This document shows positions 58,920 to 64,000 of a stretch of DNA of 64,000 nucleotides, in pieces. The translations under genes were made by a program, and so were the position numbers. The notes beneath the pieces were generated by a model that did no database searches, was not told where the DNA came from, and saw only the letters and a list, made by a program, of their open reading frames with translations. Position 1 is the stretch's first letter. Every line of letters starts with the position of its first letter. The stretch is from Octopus sinensis (Eukaryota): contig NC_042997.1 of assembly GCF_006345805.1 (NCBI RefSeq), positions 211,668,001 through 211,732,000 of the forward strand, in the 5' to 3' direction.

Positions 58920-59143
58920 GTATTTTTCTATAAGCTCAAAGCTTATGTCGATCACCGTGCGATGACTAAGGAAAATAGTCTAATAAAGGGGCATATAAGC
59001 CCTCCACAGAAAAAAGGAGGCTTTCCTATCAGCATGGGAAAGCCTTCTTTTTCCTTTCGAGGCCTTATATGTCCCTTTATTAGACTATTTTCCTTAGTCA
59101 TTGCATGGTGATTGCTATAAGCTTTGAGCTTATAGAAAAATAC
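58920..59143. repeat. (TA)n-adjacent palindrome, ~105 bp arms
   Basis: gtatttttctataagctcaaagc is inverted at 59120-59143. Confidence 0.85.
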
Positions 59144-59236
59144 CATTATCATTATTTACAGGGTCGTAAAATATAGCACTGTATAATAAAGCCATTCACA
59201 CTGAAAGCTTATATATATATATATATATATATATAA

Positions 59237-59500
59237 TAGGCGTAGGAGTGGCTGTGTGGTAAGTAGCTTGCTTCCCAACCACATGGTTCCGGATTCAGTC
59301 CCACTGCGTGGCGCCTTGGGCAAGTGTCTTCTACTATAGCCTCGGGCTGACCAAAGCCTTTTGAGTGGATTTGGTAGATGGAAACTGAAAGAAGCCTGTC
59401 GTATATATGTATATGTGTGTTTGTGTGTGTGTGTGTGTCTGTGTTTGTCCCCCCCAACATCGCTTGACAACTGATGCTGGTGTTTTTACGTCCCCATAAC
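59237..59500 (+). mobile_element. OK-type SINE, 3' truncated
   Basis: Head match. Confidence 0.85.
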
Positions 59501-60285
59501 TTGAGCATGGAGACAAAGTAACTCAATGCTCAAAAGGTGCTTTTTATGTGCCACCTGCACAGGTGCCAGTTATGTGACACCAGCATCAGCCACAATTGTC
59601 ATTTCACTTGGCTTGACAGGTCTTCTCAAGCACAACATATTGCCAAAGGTCTCGGCCACTAGTCATTGCCTCTGTGAGGCCCAAAGTTTGGAGTGAGGCC
59701 CAAAGTTTGGTGTGAGGCCCAAAGTTTGGTGTGAGGCCCATATATATATATATAAACATCATCATCCTTTCCATGCTGGCATAGGTTGGATGGTTTCACT
59801 GGAGCTTCTAAGCTAAGGTGCTGCACCATGCTGCAGTCTCATTTGGTTTCTATGGCTGGATGCTCTTCCGAATGCTTACCACTTTACATTGTGTATTGGG
59901 TGCTTTTAATGTGTCGCCAGCATTGAGTGCTTCAACATCGAACTGGCACAGGGTTCTTGCTGGCTACTCCTCTCCCCCAGCGGCAGCAGCAGCCTGAACA
60001 CTTCTACTGTGGAGGACAGGTCTTCTTGAGCACAATAAAGTGTCAGGCATTTCGGCCCTTTGTTATCCCATCTGAAAGGTTCAGCATCCTGAGGTCGCCT
60101 TCAGTACTTCATTCCATGTCTTCCTGGGTCTCCCTATTCCATGAGTTCCATCTACTTTGAGAGATCTGCACTTCTTTATGGACCTGTCAGCATCCATCCA
60201 TATCTCATGACCAAACTAGGGCAGAGTCTTCCCTCTTACACACAGCATCTGATTCCTCTTATGCCTAGCTTCTCTCTCAATGGAT

Positions 60286-60668
60286 GGAAGCACTCCGTCG
60301 GTTACGACGACGAGGGTTCCGGTTGATCCGAATCAACGGAACAGCCTGCTCATGAAATTAACGTGTAAGTGGCTGAGCACTCCACAGACACGTGCACCCT
60401 TAACGTAGTTCTCGGGGATATTCAGCGTGACACAGAGAGTGACAAGGCCGGCCCCTTGAAATACAGGTACAACAGAAACAGGAAGTAAGAGTGAGAGAAA
60501 GTTGTGGTGAAAGGGTACAGCAGGGATCACCACCATCCCCTGCCGGAGCCTCATGGAGCTTTTAGGTGTTTTCGCTCAATAAACACTCACAACGCCCGTT
60601 CTGGGAATCGAAACCGCGATCCTATGACCGCGAGTCCGCTGCCCTAACCACTGGGCCATTGCACCTCC
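60286..60668 (-). mobile_element. tRNA SINE family A, full length
   Basis: Reverse match to the 53710 copy. Confidence 0.9.
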
Positions 60669-60924
60669 AATACACTCTGTCAAACATGTACACTTACATT
60701 GCACATCCAAATGAGCATACTGGCCTTATTCCTCTCTAGCCTTTGCATGTCCTCTTCATTCAGGACCCATGTCTTGCTACCATGGAGCATTGCTATTCAT
60801 TTCCATGCATCATACAATCTTCCTTTCATTCAGAGAGAAAGAAAGAGACCTTAGGTTGCCAACAGATCTCTGAATTTTCTCCATCCTATTCTTATTCTAG
60901 CAATTACATTCATTATACATCCCC

Positions 60925-61200
60925 CCCACTGGGTAGCAGAAATTATCCACAACCTCCAAAGAGCCTCTGGGGCATTTGTGGAAATTGATTTCCCGAGTAT
61001 CTGTAGTTTTTAGGGCTCCCATGCATCTTTCCACACACAAACGCTACCATCCTTGATAACCTTATTGTCCCACTGCAACTCTTGTGTGTCCATAGCTTAC
61101 ACTGGGTGCACCATATGGAATTCCTGCTTACACCTTTTCTACAAATCAAGCAGGGCTGATTACCTGAAGCGGGTAGGATCCTGTCTTTTCTCTTGCTTAT
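60925..61200 (-). mobile_element. RTE fragment (Cys-rich insert)
   Basis: PCLICRKGVSRNSIWCTQCKLWTHKSCS. Confidence 0.7.
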
Positions 61201-61319
61201 GTAGACCATAGTCTTTATAAATATATATGTCTCTCTCTCTCTCTCTGTATATATATATATATATATATTATATGTGTATATATACGCACACATTTACATA
61301 TACACACACACACATTTAC

Positions 61320-62640
61320 ATCATCATCATCATCGTTTAGCGTCCGTTTTCCATGCTAGCATGGGTTGGACAGTTCTACTGGGGTCTGTGAAGCCAGAAG
61401 GCTTCATCAGGCCCAGTCAAATCTGGCAGTGTTTCTACGGCTGGATGCCCTTCCTAACGCCAACCACTCCGTGAGTGTAGTGGGTGCTTTTTACGTGCCA
61501 CCCGCACAGGTGCCAGACAGAGCTGGCAAACAGCCACGAACGGATGGTGCTTTTTATGTGCCACCGGCACGGGGGCCAGGCGAGGTTGGCAACGGACACG
61601 AACGGATGGTGCTTTTTACGTGCCACTGGCACGAGGCCAGTCGGGGTGGCGCTGGTAACGGTCGCGAAATGGAAGGTTCTCTTACATGCCACCTGGCACT
61701 GGTAACACATCTGCAATTTCCATTGATCGATTTCGATTCTGATCCTCACTTGCCTCAACAGGTCTTCACAAGTAGAGTTTTGTGTCCCAAGAAGGGAAGG
61801 TATGCATACGTAGGCTGGCTCCATCCCATGTAGAAGGCCATGGGTTATGGACTCACTTGTCCTGCCGGGTCTTCTCGCGCACAGCACACTTCCAGAGGTC
61901 TCGGTCTCTAGTCATTTCCTCAGTGAGACCTAAAGTTCGAAGGTCGTGCTTCACCACCTCGTCCCAGGTTTTCCTGGGTCTGCCTCTTCCGCAGGTTCCC
62001 TCAACCGCTAGGGTGTGGCACTTTTTCACACAACTATCTTCATCCATTCTCGCCACATGACCATACCAGCGCAAACGTCTCTCTTGCACACCACAACTGA
62101 TGCTTCTTAGGTCCAGCTTTTCTCTCAAGGTACTTACACTCTGCCGAGTATGAGTACTGACATTACACATCCATTGGAGCATACTGGCTTCATTTCTTGC
62201 GAGCTTACGCATATCCTCAGCAGTCACGGCCTATGTTTCACTGCCATGTAGCATGGCTGTTCGTACACACGCATCATACAGTCTACTTTTCACTCTGAGC
62301 GAGAGGCCTTTTGTCACCAGCAGAGGTAAGAGGTCTCTGAACTTTGCCCAAGCTATTCTTACTCTAGCAGTTACACTTTCAGTACACCCGCCCCCGCTGC
62401 TGACTTGGTCACCTAGGTAACGGAAACTATCAACTATTTCTAGTTTTTCTCCCTGGAAAGTGACGGAAGTTGGTCTCAGAGCATTTTCAGTGTTTATTGT
62501 TCCTGAGCATCTGCCACATACAAAAACCATCTTCCTAGTTAGCCTTCCTTTGACATTGCTGCACCTCTTATGTGTCCATAGCTTACACTTGGTGCATCTT
62601 ATAGAGTTTCTACCTACACCTTTTCTACAGATCACCTTTT
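61320..62640 (-). mobile_element. Best-preserved 5'-truncated RTE LINE in the window (Cys-rich insert, RT C-terminus with one stop, 3'UTR, tail)
   Basis: ORFs 62231-62635 and 61853-62227 are in the same frame, separated by one stop; FRYLGD and RLRWYGHVARM motifs. Confidence 0.9.
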
Positions 62641-62741
62641 CTACAGATCCACCTTTTCTACAGATCTATACATATATATATATATATATTGTTTTTGGAT
62701 TTGGTTTGCAAGATTCTTTATATGAGTTCTTGTGTTGAACC

Positions 62742-62922
62742 ATATTCTGTTGTGTCTGGGGAGTCATTTTCTTTTTGTGCCTAATGATTTAACACACACA
62801 CCGGTAAAATTTCCACTTATTTCTTATTTTATTTTTATTTAATAAATAAGTGGAAATTTTACCGCTGAGTGTGTTAAATCATAAGGCACAAAAAGAAAAT
62901 GACTCTCCCCACACACAACAGA

Positions 62923-62926
<4 letters not shown>
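62742..62926. repeat. (TA)n-adjacent palindrome, ~80 bp arms
   Basis: atattctgttgtgt...acacaacagaatat; related non-palindromic sequence at ~37340-37460. Confidence 0.85.
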
Positions 62927-62953
<27 letters not shown>

Positions 62954-62964
62954 CATATATCTGA

Positions 62965-63312
62965 ACGTGGGCGTAGCCAGTGCCGCCCGACTGGCCTCCA
63001 TGCCGGTGGCATGTAAAGAGCACCATCCGACCGTGGCCGTTGCTAGCTTCGTCTGGTCCCCGTGCCGGTGGCATGTAAAAAACACCATCCGATCGTGGCC
63101 GTTTGCCAGCCTCGTCTGGCACCTGTGCCGGTGGCACGTAAAAAGCACCCACTACACTCACGGAGTGGTTGGCGTTAGGAAGGGCATCCAGCTGTAGAAA
63201 CACTGCCAGATCAGACTGGAGCCTGGTGCAGCTTTCTGGCTTCCCAGACCCCAGTTGAACCGTCCAACCCATGCCAGCATGGAAAGCAGACGTTAAATGA
63301 TGATGATGATGA
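62965..63312 (+). mobile_element. RTE 3'UTR/tail copy
   Basis: Same motifs. Confidence 0.85.
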
Positions 63313-63743
63313 TATATATTAAAAAAAAAAAAAATAAATAAAATAAAATAATAATAAAATATATCTATATCTATATATATATATATATTTAAAATTTTAT
63401 AAGTATAAATTATTGATTTAAATATTTTAAAAAATTTTAACTTTAATTTAAATTTTTTAAATTTTGAATTTTATATTTTATATATTTTTTATTAATTAAT
63501 TTTATTTCTATATATTGGTTTATGTTTTTCTCTATTTGATTTGCCTAAGTGTGGTTTTATCTCCAATTTAATATAATATATATATATATATTTTTAATTC
63601 TATATATATATATATATATACACATACATATACATACATACCCATTGGTCGATCCTGAGAAAGTAAAAGAAGTGTTGGTTGACTGTGAACAGGGTTGTGT
63701 AGTGACCTCCCATACACGTCACAATTGAGTGTGTGTGTGTGTG

Positions 63744-63790
<47 letters not shown>

Positions 63791-64000
63791 ATTTCTGGTC
63801 ATATTGAATATGTGAGAAAACCCAACAGACTGAAGAGAAATATTTTCCCATGGCCACCTTCTTTAGTCAGACATGTCTGTTGTGTTGCTGTCGTCAACTT
63901 CCTATGTCCTTTATCTTTCGTGTCTCATTGCAAACAACATCAAAGTTTCATTGAAAACAGAAAAACATGAAAGCAGAAATTTCGGCCTCGCAAACTTCAA

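Noticed and set aside
59672-59740. 19 bp unit x3.5 (gtgaggcccaaagtttg), and the similar 16 bp x3 at ~62620-62665
   Set aside because: Local slippage at truncation points of RTE copies; not informative beyond that.

Overview
AT-rich, very repeat-dense animal genomic DNA, most likely octopus (inferred from the tRNA-derived SINE families, RTE tails ending in (ATG)n and the heavy microsatellite load). Three host genes can be supported. (1) Four coding exons of an Amun-like HhH-GPD glycosylase-fold gene on the minus strand (12128 down to 971, continuing off the left edge), rebuilt from splice sites with consistent phases. (2) A complete, intronless ABCE1/RLI1 ORF (22370-24196, +). (3) The first coding exon of a secreted protein with a probable WIF-domain start (56824-56974, +). 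The rest is nested mobile DNA: about 20 RTE-type LINE 3' ends with a tandem-repeat 3'UTR, BovB-, CR1- and CRE-type fragments, at least five SINE families, mariner/maT/pogo/piggyBac/hAT/MULE-type MITEs, and Helitron/Helentron-like elements. The most unusual structures are: a set of long palindromes tied to (TA)n, one carrying a minimal type I hammerhead-ribozyme motif on each strand; a ~770 bp inverted local copy flanked by a 13 bp target-site duplication; a MITE just upstream of the Amun-like start codon, flanked by a 62 bp duplication and holding an inverted copy of intron-1 DNA; and inverted LINE tails tightly bracketing Amun exons 2-3. All family assignments come from motif recognition by eye; no database search was run.
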